Shown in pieces: positions 29,815 to 38,419 of a stretch of 64,000 nt of DNA (positions are counted from its first letter, which is position 1; each line of letters opens with the position of its first letter). Position numbers and translations under genes: made by a program. Location of the stretch: positions 34,944-98,943 of the forward strand of contig PNAM01000096.1 in the NCBI GenBank assembly GCA_003170275.1, in the 5' to 3' direction. Source of the stretch: Myxococcales bacterium. Its GTDB lineage: Bacteria > Myxococcota_A > Polyangia > Palsa-1104. Below the pieces are notes generated by a model. The model worked only from the letters and a program-made list of their open reading frames with translations, did no database searches and was not told the origin of the DNA.

Positions 29815-30693
29815 ATGACTGCGCCGACCTCCCGCTTCGTGCAACTGGCCACCGGCTTGCGCTACCACTTGCTCGAGTGGGGCGCCGGCGATCCTGCGCT
29901 CGACCACACGGTGATCCTGGTGCACGGTTTCCTCGATCTGGCGTGGGGTTGGGAGGCGGTGGTCGACGCGGGGCTGGCCGGTCGCTTCCACGTGGTCGCG
30001 CCCGACATGCGCGGCCACGGCGACAGCGCGTGGGTGGGCGCGGGCGGCTACTACCACTTCGTCGATTACCTGGCCGATCTGCACGAGCTCGTCGGTCAGG
30101 TGGCGCGACGGCGCGTCTCGCTGGTCGGTCACTCGATGGGCGGCAGCATCGCCGGCTACTACACCGGTAGCTACCCGGAGCGCATCCACAAGCTGGCGCT
30201 CCTCGAAGGCATGGGGCCGCCCGAGACCTCGGACACCGGGCCGGAGCGGGTCTCGTCGTGGCTGGGCGCGTGGAAGAAGGTGCGCGATCGGCCGCAGCGC
30301 ACCTACGCCACCGTCGGAGAAGCGGCGGCGCGGCTGCGCGAGCACGATGCGCTGCTCGGCGTCGAGCTGTCCGAGCGGCTCGCCGAGCACGGCACCACGC
30401 CTGCCGGCGACGGGCGGCTGCGCTTCAAGCACGATCCGCTGCACGCCACCGTCGGGCCGTACGGGTTTCGCGTCGAGGTTGCGTTGCGCTTCTGGCAGCG
30501 CATCACCTGTCCGGTGCTGCTGGTCGAGGGCGCGCAGTCGCTGTTCCGGCTGGCACCCGACGACGCCGAGCGCCGGCGCAACGCGCTCCAGCGGGTCACC
30601 CGGACCCAGATTGCCGGCGCTGGTCACATGATGCAGCGACACCAGCCGCAGGCGGTCGCCGAGGCGCTGGCCAGCTTCCTCGACGCCCCTTGA
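29815..30693 (+). CDS. Alpha/beta hydrolase
   Basis: LVHGFLD, APDMRGHGDS, GHSMGG nucleophile elbow, GAGHMM; ATG 29815 preceded by TATGAT at a 6-nt spacing. Confidence 0.92.
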   Translation: MTAPTSRFVQLATGLRYHLLEWGAGDPALDHTVILVHGFLDLAWGWEAVVDAGLAGRFHVVAPDMRGHGDSAWVGAGGYYHFVDYLADLHELVGQVARRRVSLVGHSMGGSIAGYYTGSYPERIHKLALLEGMGPPETSDTGPERVSSWLGAWKKVRDRPQRTYATVGEAAARLREHDALLGVELSERLAEHGTTPAGDGRLRFKHDPLHATVGPYGFRVEVALRFWQRITCPVLLVEGAQSLFRLAPDDAERRRNALQRVTRTQIAGAGHMMQRHQPQAVAEALASFLDAP

Positions 30694-30743
30694 CGCCCGC
30701 CCGGCGAAGCCTATGATGCGCGGCTTCAACGGAGGCGCAGCAA

Positions 30744-31934
30744 ATGAAGTTTCTCGGTCTCGTTTTTGCGGTCGCGCTCGCCGGCGGCTGCGCGGATAGC
30801 CAACAGCCCGACTTCGATCTCGGCGGGCGGCGAGACCTGTCGATCAGCGGCGGCGACGATCTGTCGGTCAGCGGGGACGACCTGGCGACCGGCGCCGATC
30901 TGGCGAGCTCCGGAGACGGCGCAATGGTCGGCTGCACCAAGGTGACCAGTTGGCCGGGCCTGACCCCGTTCGCCGGCTACGACAGCACCGTGCCGGTCAC
31001 GTTCGTCGATTCGTTCAAGGTCTCGTCGTTCCCCAGCGACGTGCTCGAGGTGGGCGACTACCACGCCGGCGCGGTCTATCCGAAGATGGTCACGTTCAGC
31101 GCGACCGACACGTTCGGCACCTGCGACGTGTGCGCGCAGGTGTTCGCCAACTGCGACAACACCGGCGCGTGCGATGCGAACTTCTACTTCGCGCAGGCCG
31201 GCAGCGTCACGGTGACCCGGGCCGACAGCAACGAGACCATCGGCCGCATGACGGTCACCGGCAGCAACCTCAAGCTGGTCGAGTGGAGCTACGACGGCAT
31301 GGGCGTCGATCAGCCGGTCGCCGGCGGCAAGTGCTACCAGATCGACAGCCTCAACCTCAACGTGCCCTGGGACAACACCACCGACGGTGGCGCGGCTCCG
31401 GGCGCGGACATGAAGCTGGCCTGCACGCCGGTGGTCAACGAGCTGCAGACGGCGGGGACCGCGGCGATGATCGACGGCGGCACGACCGCGTCGTACGAGT
31501 TCGTCGAGATCTACAACCCGTGTCCCACGACGGTCGACCTCACCGGCTGGAAGCTGGTCTATCGATCGGCGGCCAACAACAAGGGCGCCCCCACCGACAC
31601 CGCGGCGTTCAGCTTCGGCACCATGAGCATTCCGGCCGCCGGCTATCTGCTGATCGCCGGCTCGAGCTATCTCGGAACGCGCGACGGAACGCTCACCACC
31701 GGGCTGGCCGCGCTCGGCGGCGCGGTCGGCCTGCGCGACTCGGTCGGTACCCTGGTCGACTCGGTCTCGTACAACACGCTCAGCGTCGCCAACAACTTTA
31801 CCGAAGGCGCCCCGGCGGCCAATCCGCCCGCGGGCAGCTCGCTCGAGCGCTTCCCCAACGGCGCCGACAGCAACCACAACAACCTCGACTTCAAGACCAC
31901 CACCACCGCTACGCCTCGCGCCGCCAACCTGTAA
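30744..31934 (+). CDS. Lipoprotein with C-terminal lamin-tail (LTD) domain
   Basis: LAGG-C lipobox, Asp-Leu-rich linker; VVNELQT...EFVEIYNP...VDLTGWKL...DSVSY...SLERFPNG.DS..N..DF...TPRAAN. Confidence 0.88.
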   Translation: MKFLGLVFAVALAGGCADSQQPDFDLGGRRDLSISGGDDLSVSGDDLATGADLASSGDGAMVGCTKVTSWPGLTPFAGYDSTVPVTFVDSFKVSSFPSDVLEVGDYHAGAVYPKMVTFSATDTFGTCDVCAQVFANCDNTGACDANFYFAQAGSVTVTRADSNETIGRMTVTGSNLKLVEWSYDGMGVDQPVAGGKCYQIDSLNLNVPWDNTTDGGAAPGADMKLACTPVVNELQTAGTAAMIDGGTTASYEFVEIYNPCPTTVDLTGWKLVYRSAANNKGAPTDTAAFSFGTMSIPAAGYLLIAGSSYLGTRDGTLTTGLAALGGAVGLRDSVGTLVDSVSYNTLSVANNFTEGAPAANPPAGSSLERFPNGADSNHNNLDFKTTTTATPRAANL

Positions 31935-31953
31935 TCGGTAGGATGTGACCACC

Positions 31954-33249
31954 ATGGCGACGCCGTTGGTGGTGGCAATCGAGATGGGCTACGGCCACCT
32001 GCGGGCGGCCGAGCCGCTGGCGCGTTTGCTCGGGACGCAGGTGCTGCACGCCGATCGGCCGCCGCTCGCCGACGCCGACGAGCAGCGACTGTGGGGCGAG
32101 GCGCGCCGCTTCTACGAGCTCGGCTCGCGGCTGTCGCAGGTGCCGATCGTCGGCGCGCCGCTGCGTCAGGCGCTCGACGCGCTCACCTATATCCCGCACC
32201 TGCACCCGTATCGCGATCTGTCGGGGCCGACCGCCAGCGCGCGCGCGGTGGAGCGGTTCGCCAAGCGGGGGCTCGGGCACGGGCTGGCGGATCGCCTGCG
32301 CGCGTCCGGCGAAGCGCTGCTGACCACCTTCTTCACGCCGGCGGTGATCGCCGATCGGCACGGCTGCGACCACGTCTACTGCGTGGTCACCGACGCGGAC
32401 ATCAACCGCGTGTGGGCGCCGTTCGATGCGCGCGCCAGTCGCGTGCGTTACTTCGCGCCGAGCGTGCGCGCCGAGCGGCGGCTGCGCTCGTACGGCGTGC
32501 CCGAGGCGCACATCCGCTACACCGGCTTCCCGCTGCCGCACGAGCTGCTCGGCGGGCCGGGGCTGCCCGTGCTCAAGCGCAACCTGGCCGGGCGGCTGGT
32601 GCGGCTCGATCCGTCGAAGGTGTTCCGCGGACACTATCGCGACGAGCTGGGCCATTTCCTCGGGGCCCTGCCGGCCGGCGAAGAGGGACGCCCGCCGCTG
32701 GTCACCTTCGCGATCGGCGGCGCCGGCGCGCAGGTCGGGCTGGTGCGCCAGTTCCTGCCCGGCTTTCGCCCGCTGTTGGCCGGCGGCAAGATCCGGCTGG
32801 CGCTGGTGGCGGGCGTGCGCCCCGAGGTGAACGCCGCGCTCTCGCAAGCGGTCGCCGAGGCGGGGCTGACTTCGTGTCTCGGAGATACCATCGAGATCCT
32901 GCACGTGGGCGACATGCCCGGCTACTTCGAGCGCTTCAACGCGCTGCTCGCGCGCACCGACATCTTGTGGACCAAGCCGAGCGAGCTGACCTTCTTCGGC
33001 GCGCTCGGCCTGCCGCTGGTGCTGGCCACGCCGATGGGCGTGCACGAGCGCTACAACCGTCGCTGGGCGCGCGAAGCCGGCGCGGGCCTCAAGCAGCGCG
33101 ACGCGCGCCACGCCGCCGAGTGGCTCCTCGACTGGCTCGCCGACGGCACACTCGCCGGCGCCGCCTGGAACGGCTTCATGCGCCTCCCCAAGTTCGGCCT
33201 GTACCAGATCCTGGAAACGTTCGGCGTGCAGGTCCCCGACGAAACGTGA
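31954..33249 (+). CDS. GT-B-fold glycosyltransferase-like protein (MGDG-synthase/DUF6938-like)
   Basis: EMGYGHLRAA, VTDADINRVW, TGFPLP, IGGAG, LWTKPSELTFF..LGLP...HERYN; GTG 31945 is an alternative start. Confidence 0.72.
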   Translation: MATPLVVAIEMGYGHLRAAEPLARLLGTQVLHADRPPLADADEQRLWGEARRFYELGSRLSQVPIVGAPLRQALDALTYIPHLHPYRDLSGPTASARAVERFAKRGLGHGLADRLRASGEALLTTFFTPAVIADRHGCDHVYCVVTDADINRVWAPFDARASRVRYFAPSVRAERRLRSYGVPEAHIRYTGFPLPHELLGGPGLPVLKRNLAGRLVRLDPSKVFRGHYRDELGHFLGALPAGEEGRPPLVTFAIGGAGAQVGLVRQFLPGFRPLLAGGKIRLALVAGVRPEVNAALSQAVAEAGLTSCLGDTIEILHVGDMPGYFERFNALLARTDILWTKPSELTFFGALGLPLVLATPMGVHERYNRRWAREAGAGLKQRDARHAAEWLLDWLADGTLAGAAWNGFMRLPKFGLYQILETFGVQVPDET

Positions 33250-33918
33250 TCAATCCGCCGCGATCGCGTTGAGGTCGTGGTTCTCGAGGACGGGTTTGTC
33301 GGCGCCGTGCTTGGCGACGTGGAGCATCGCGCGGCCGACTTTTTCCGAGGTGGTCACGAACTTGGGCGCGAGCGCCTTCCAGACGGGAAAGAGCGGGCCG
33401 GTCACGGTGTAGAGGGCCCGGTACAGCCTGGTCTTCGACTTGATGCCGTGCATCGGCTGGATGAACGCGGGGCGGAACATGTACTTGGCCTTGAACGGCA
33501 ACGCGAGCAGCGCGTTCTCGGTCTTGCCCTTCACGCGCGCCCACATCGAGCGGCCCTTCTCGGTGCTGTCGGTGCCCGAGCCCGAGACGTAGATGAAGGT
33601 CATGCCGGGGTTGAGCTTCACCAGCAGTTGCGCGGCGGCGAGCGTGAGGTCGTAGGTCACGCGCTGATACTCCGCCTCCTTCATGCCCGCCGAGGAGACG
33701 CCGAGACAGAAGAAGCACGCGTCGTAACCCGTGAGCTGATCGGCGATGGCGGAGAGATCATAGAAATCTTCGTGCAGGAGCTCGCGCAGCTTCTCGTGCG
33801 TCTGGCCGGTGGCGCTGCGCACGACCGTCAGCACGCGCGCGATCTCGGGATCGAGCAGGCACTCGCGCAAGACGCCTTGCCCGACCATCCCCGTCGCGCC
33901 GAACAAGAGGACCCTCAC
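33250..33918 (-). CDS. NAD(P)-binding epimerase/SDR-like protein
   Basis: GTGA overlap; VLLFGATGMVGQGVLRECL, DACFFCLGVSS, WARVKGKTEN. Confidence 0.9.
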   Translation of the reverse strand: MRVLLFGATGMVGQGVLRECLLDPEIARVLTVVRSATGQTHEKLRELLHEDFYDLSAIADQLTGYDACFFCLGVSSAGMKEAEYQRVTYDLTLAAAQLLVKLNPGMTFIYVSGSGTDSTEKGRSMWARVKGKTENALLALPFKAKYMFRPAFIQPMHGIKSKTRLYRALYTVTGPLFPVWKALAPKFVTTSEKVGRAMLHVAKHGADKPVLENHDLNAIAAD

Positions 33919-36455
33919 GGGCTCGGCAGGCCGGCGATCTGCAACACCACGCCGCCCTCGGCGCCCGGCTTGTCGGCCTTGACGATCAGGTGGTAGCGCC
34001 CCTGCGCGGTGCCGGGCAGGCTGACGGTGCCGGTGGGCATGCCCATCGACGCCGCGCAGTTGATACGCGTGCCGGCGTCGCAGGCGAGCAGATCGCTGTC
34101 GTTGGTGTACAGCGAGAACACGTGGCTGCCGGCCTGCGCCCACTGGATGGTCAGGTCGGTCTTGGCCGGCAGCTGGAAGTCGACCACCTCGTCCTGGCCG
34201 CCCGCGGTGGTCACGCATGGAACATTCTGATCCGCGCCGGCGCCGGAGGTCTGCACCACGGTGGTCGTGGCCACGCCGTTGAGCGGCAACAGCCCGAGCT
34301 TCTGATCGGGGCGGCACTGGAACTTGGCGCACAGCGGCGAGGTGACGCACTTCTTGTCGGCGCAATCGATGAAGCCGTCGTGGTCGTCGTCGATTCCGTT
34401 GTCGCAGATCTCGAGCACGGTCTCTTGAATGCCCGACAGCGTCAGGTTGACCGTGCCCTCGGAGCCGGCGCGGAACGCGTCGACGATCACGTTGTAGACG
34501 CCCGGCTGGATGTTGGGCATCGCGAAGTTGCAACCGAACGGCAAGATCGACGGATCCGCGCAGTTGAACTCGTGCGCGTCGCACGGCTCGAGCGGTTGCA
34601 GCTGCGCGCCGAGCTGCAGCACGTGCGAGCCGGTCTCGGTGCAGCTGAACCCGAGCGCCATCGGCTCGGTGATATGCAGGCGCACCACCTTCTCCTTGCC
34701 CGAGCCGGTGTCGCAGGTGGTCTTGTAATAATTGTTGCCGGTGGTGGTATCGAGCGTGACCGACTTCTGCGTGCCCCACATGAAGTCGCCGAGGTCGACG
34801 TCGACGAAGCACAGCGGCACCTTGCAGTTGGGCACGCCGAAGCACGCCGGGTCCTCGCAGTCGATCAACCCGTTGCCGTCGTCGTCGATGCCATTGGCGC
34901 AGATCTCCACCTGCTGGTTCTTGAACGCCGAGACGCTGATGTGCATCACTCCTTCCTTGGCCGGGCTGAGCGCCTTGAAGATGAACACGTAGTCGCCAGG
35001 AGGCCGCGGCGAGAACGCCACCGTGCCGCCGCTCGCGCCGCCCGGGTAGTAGCACGAGGTCTGCGTGGCGTCGCAGGCGAGGCCCGACGCCGCCTCGTTG
35101 AAGATCGAGAACACGTGATCGCCGGTCTGCGACCACTGCACCAGGATCCCCGCGGTCTCGTGCAGCGTGAAGCGCACCACCTCGTCGTTGCCGGTCGAGG
35201 TGCCGGCGCAGGTCGGATGGAAACGGTTGGCGGTGTCGTGCGTGTCGAAGGTCGCGTCCTTGGCCGGTGCGCCGACCACCAGCGCGCCCAGGTTCAAGTC
35301 GGGCATGCAGGTGGTGCCGATGCAGATCGGCGACAGGAAGCACGCCGGGTCGGCGCAATCGATCAGCCCGTTGCCGTCGTCGTCGATGCCGTTGTTGCAC
35401 AGCTCGGGCTTGGTCGAGCTGCCGGTCGAGAGCGTGACGGTGGTCGAGCCCTGCGTGCCCGGGTACGACTGCACGACTACATAATAGATACCGGCGGGCA
35501 GCGCGGCGAAGCTGTGGGTCGCGGTCGGCGCCTGGCCGGCCTTCAGGCAGAACACCAGGTTGGCGTCGCAGGCCTGTAGCGTGCCGGCGCGGAACACGTC
35601 GACCACGTGCGCGGCGCCGGTCTGCTGCGTGAAGTCGAGCTTGACGCTCTCGGTGGTGGTGAGGGTGAACTGGCCGACGCGCGCCTCGCCGCCGGGGATC
35701 GCGCAGGTGGTGAACGAGCGTGTGGCGCCGCGCGTGTCGAAGGTGCGGGTCACGCTCGCGTCGACGGGCGCGATCGCGCCGAAGTCGATCTCCGGCATGC
35801 ACGCCAGCACCACGCACTTCGGGTTCGACTTGCAGCGCGGGTCGGTGCAGTCGGGGTTGGCGTCGTCGCACAGCGACAGGGTCATGTCGGTGGCGCCGTC
35901 TTTTGCGCCCGCATCCTTGGGCCCGTCGGTGTTGCCGAGATCGGGGAACACGGTGCAGAACGGGCTGCCGAAGCAGTCGGGATCCGCGCAGTCGATCAGG
36001 AAGTCGTCGTCGTCGTCGAGCCCGTTGTTGCAGATCTCGGTCCCGGGCGGCACGCACTTCTTGTCGCCGGCGCAGAACGGATCCTGGCAGTCGACCAGCC
36101 CGTTGCAGTTGTCGTCGATGCCGTTGCTGCAGTCCTCGACGATCTGGCAGCCCGCGTCGTTCTTGCCACCGTCGGTCTTGCCGCCGTCGCTCTTGCCGCC
36201 GTCCCCGACGAAGCCGTCGCCCTTGCCGCCATCACCGGCAAAACCGTCGCCGGGGAAACCGTCGCCCGGAAATCCGTCGCCTGGGAAGCCGTCGCCGGTG
36301 AAGCCGTCGCCCGGCCCGCCGTCGCCGCCCGGGTTGCACGTCGGATCGCCCGGCAGGCAATCGTACGGCGACGGAAACAGGCTCGAGCGGCCACAGCCCG
36401 CTGCCGTCACTGCCAGGGTGAGCGCCGTCACCGCCAGGCGCTGCGGGAACCTCAT
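33915..36455 (-). CDS. Large Cys-rich lipoprotein with repeated C-x-NG-x-DDD-DC-x-DP-x-C units and four beta-sandwich repeats
   Basis: TAAG-C lipobox; five CxNG(I/L)DDD...DCxDxxC motifs alternate with ~130-aa PPC-like repeats (G.Y..IV...G.EG). Confidence 0.85.
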   Translation of the reverse strand: MRFPQRLAVTALTLAVTAAGCGRSSLFPSPYDCLPGDPTCNPGGDGGPGDGFTGDGFPGDGFPGDGFPGDGFAGDGGKGDGFVGDGGKSDGGKTDGGKNDAGCQIVEDCSNGIDDNCNGLVDCQDPFCAGDKKCVPPGTEICNNGLDDDDDFLIDCADPDCFGSPFCTVFPDLGNTDGPKDAGAKDGATDMTLSLCDDANPDCTDPRCKSNPKCVVLACMPEIDFGAIAPVDASVTRTFDTRGATRSFTTCAIPGGEARVGQFTLTTTESVKLDFTQQTGAAHVVDVFRAGTLQACDANLVFCLKAGQAPTATHSFAALPAGIYYVVVQSYPGTQGSTTVTLSTGSSTKPELCNNGIDDDGNGLIDCADPACFLSPICIGTTCMPDLNLGALVVGAPAKDATFDTHDTANRFHPTCAGTSTGNDEVVRFTLHETAGILVQWSQTGDHVFSIFNEAASGLACDATQTSCYYPGGASGGTVAFSPRPPGDYVFIFKALSPAKEGVMHISVSAFKNQQVEICANGIDDDGNGLIDCEDPACFGVPNCKVPLCFVDVDLGDFMWGTQKSVTLDTTTGNNYYKTTCDTGSGKEKVVRLHITEPMALGFSCTETGSHVLQLGAQLQPLEPCDAHEFNCADPSILPFGCNFAMPNIQPGVYNVIVDAFRAGSEGTVNLTLSGIQETVLEICDNGIDDDHDGFIDCADKKCVTSPLCAKFQCRPDQKLGLLPLNGVATTTVVQTSGAGADQNVPCVTTAGGQDEVVDFQLPAKTDLTIQWAQAGSHVFSLYTNDSDLLACDAGTRINCAASMGMPTGTVSLPGTAQGRYHLIVKADKPGAEGGVVLQIAGLPSP
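36158..36327 (-). repeat. In-frame 15-bp degenerate tandem repeat (GDGFP/GDGGK pentapeptides, about 11 units)
   Basis: Recurring ccgtcgcc at 15-bp period; encodes GDGGP GDGFT GDGFP GDGFP GDGFP GDGFA GDGGK GDGFV GDGGK SDGGK TDGGK. Confidence 0.85.
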
Positions 36456-36474
36456 CCCGCGTATTGTACCCGAT

Positions 36475-37890
36475 CTAAAGCGTTTTCAGATATTCGAGCA
36501 GCGCGCCGCGATCCCCGTCGCTGAGCAGATCGCCGAAGGTGTGGCCGGTGTTGGTGTAGCCGAAGGTGTCGGTGTCGTAGATCTTCTTCTGCGTGGTCGG
36601 ATCGGGCTCGGCGGCCTTGCCGTGATCGTAGACGGTGACGTTCCAGCCGATCCCGGCGAGGTCGTAGTCGGTGGAGTCGAAGGTGCGTCCCCAGTACTTG
36701 GGCCGCGTCTTGGAGTCGAGCAGCGCGGCGAGGGTCGGCACCGAGCCGTTGTGCAGATAGGGCGCGGTGGCCCAGATGCCGTCGAGCGGCGGGGCGACGT
36801 AGCCCTTCTTGGGCGCCAGCGTGGTGGTCATGCCGTAGAACGACTTCGCCCACCAATCGAGGAAGCGATCGGCGAACTGCGACGAGCCGACCGCGAGCAC
36901 CGGATCCGAGCCGATCACGTCGAGCGGGATGAACAGGTTGGGGTAGACCCCGGCGTCGCCGTAGGTGCCGTGGCAGCGCGCGCACGTGCCGTCGAACACC
37001 GGCTTGCCCTTGGCGGCGAGCGTAGCGTCGACGGGAAACGGCCACACCGGCGGCACCAGCGACTCGAGGTACGCGCGCACGTCGGGGAAGTACGAGTCGA
37101 TGTCGGCCGCCTCGGCGACAGTGTCGGTGCATAAGTTGGCGGCGGCCATCTCGACGCGAGCCAGATCGCCGTGCGCGGCGTCGACGTAGAACATCGAGTG
37201 CTTCTTCTTCATGCGCCACCACGGCGGCACGTCGAGCGGCACGCCGATGGTGGGCGGCAGGTCGAGCAAAGGCGTGTCCGACCAGGCCAGCGTCACCGGA
37301 TCGCGGTGCGCCAGCAGCACCGCCGCGAAGTTGTCGCCGGGGTTGACGCCGAGCGTGGTGAGCACCGTGTACGGCCCGATGGCGATGAAGCGATCGGCGA
37401 ACTTGTTCAGCTCGGCCAACTCCAGGGGATCGCTGGTGAGCATCGGGCCGAGCTGCTTGGCGAGCGCGAGCTGATCGCTCTGATCGGTGGTGTAGTCCTG
37501 CTCGGTGTTGCCCAGGCCGATCACCAGCGTGCCGTTGATCTTGCCGGCGTGGCAGGTCAGGCAGTTGGGCGACACCACCTCGACGCCGCTGGCGGCGATC
37601 GACGCGGTCTCGTTGTACGCGAGGTCGGCGTTGTGGCCGGTGCGGCCGGGAAGACGCAGGTCCGGCGTCGCCGGCTGCATGACCTTGGTGAACACGTTGT
37701 ACGGCACGCCGCAGCGCACCGCGCCCCTGTTGACCAGCGCGTCGTAGCCGCGCGTCGCGTCGCCGGGGCGCTGGTCGGTGGCCGGGATCACCACGCCGCT
37801 CGGGTCGAGCATCAGCCCGAGATCGGGCGTCTCGTTGGGAGCGCTGTTACAGCCGACGCACACCAACGCCGCGACAAGAATCCTTCGCAT
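36475..37890 (-). CDS. Di-heme cytochrome c lipoprotein, RoxA/MauG-like superfamily
   Basis: LVCVG-C lipobox; CLTCH and CARCH heme motifs; DVPPWW; YVAPPLDGIWATAPYLHNGSVPTL; GYTNTGHTFG; LLEYLKTL. Confidence 0.88.
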   Translation of the reverse strand: MRRILVAALVCVGCNSAPNETPDLGLMLDPSGVVIPATDQRPGDATRGYDALVNRGAVRCGVPYNVFTKVMQPATPDLRLPGRTGHNADLAYNETASIAASGVEVVSPNCLTCHAGKINGTLVIGLGNTEQDYTTDQSDQLALAKQLGPMLTSDPLELAELNKFADRFIAIGPYTVLTTLGVNPGDNFAAVLLAHRDPVTLAWSDTPLLDLPPTIGVPLDVPPWWRMKKKHSMFYVDAAHGDLARVEMAAANLCTDTVAEAADIDSYFPDVRAYLESLVPPVWPFPVDATLAAKGKPVFDGTCARCHGTYGDAGVYPNLFIPLDVIGSDPVLAVGSSQFADRFLDWWAKSFYGMTTTLAPKKGYVAPPLDGIWATAPYLHNGSVPTLAALLDSKTRPKYWGRTFDSTDYDLAGIGWNVTVYDHGKAAEPDPTTQKKIYDTDTFGYTNTGHTFGDLLSDGDRGALLEYLKTL

Positions 37891-37919
37891 GCGCGGACGC
37901 TAGACGGTCGCTCACGATT

Positions 37920-38417
37920 TTACAAGCCGCACGACGCGTCGAGCAGGGCCCACCAGCCGAGCAGCGGCGTGACCAGCGCGCCCAGGCCGGCGGCGAAGCT
38001 GGCCTTGAACCAGATGAAGCCCCACGGGCTGAGGCTGGCGGGCCCGACCAGCGCGAACACCAACACCACCGGCGCGGCGGCCAGCACCATGGCTGCGAGG
38101 CCGAGCAGCGCGCCGCGCACAAAGCTCGAGCGCCGCGCCCACGCGGGGCGACGGTCGGCGTCCGAGATCGGCGCGAGCTTGCCGCGCTTCACCTGCCGCC
38201 GCACCAGAAAGCCGGCGAACAGCGCGGTCAAGACCGGCAGGATGAACGCCGTCCCCAGGGTATCGGCGGCGATGCTCGACCAGCCCCATAACGGCACCGT
38301 GCGCGCGGATCGAAACAGGTACCAGGCGATCGCGCCGTTGATCGAGAAGTTGACGATCGACGAGCCGACCACCTCCTCGACGATCAGAAACGTGCGGTGC
38401 TGGCGCGACAGGGCCAT
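37920..38417 (-). CDS. Hypothetical 4-TM membrane protein
   Basis: ATG 38417, 2 nt after the upstream stop; MALSRQHRTFLIVEEVVGSSIVNFSINGAIAW...FIWFKASFAAGLG. Confidence 0.78.
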   Translation of the reverse strand: MALSRQHRTFLIVEEVVGSSIVNFSINGAIAWYLFRSARTVPLWGWSSIAADTLGTAFILPVLTALFAGFLVRRQVKRGKLAPISDADRRPAWARRSSFVRGALLGLAAMVLAAAPVVLVFALVGPASLSPWGFIWFKASFAAGLGALVTPLLGWWALLDASCGL

Positions 38418-38419
38418 GG

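Noticed and set aside
36158-36327. 15-bp periodic repeat as a possible CRISPR or VNTR element
   Set aside because: In-frame, synonymous-degenerate pentapeptide linker inside a lipoprotein gene; no spacers and no cas genes.
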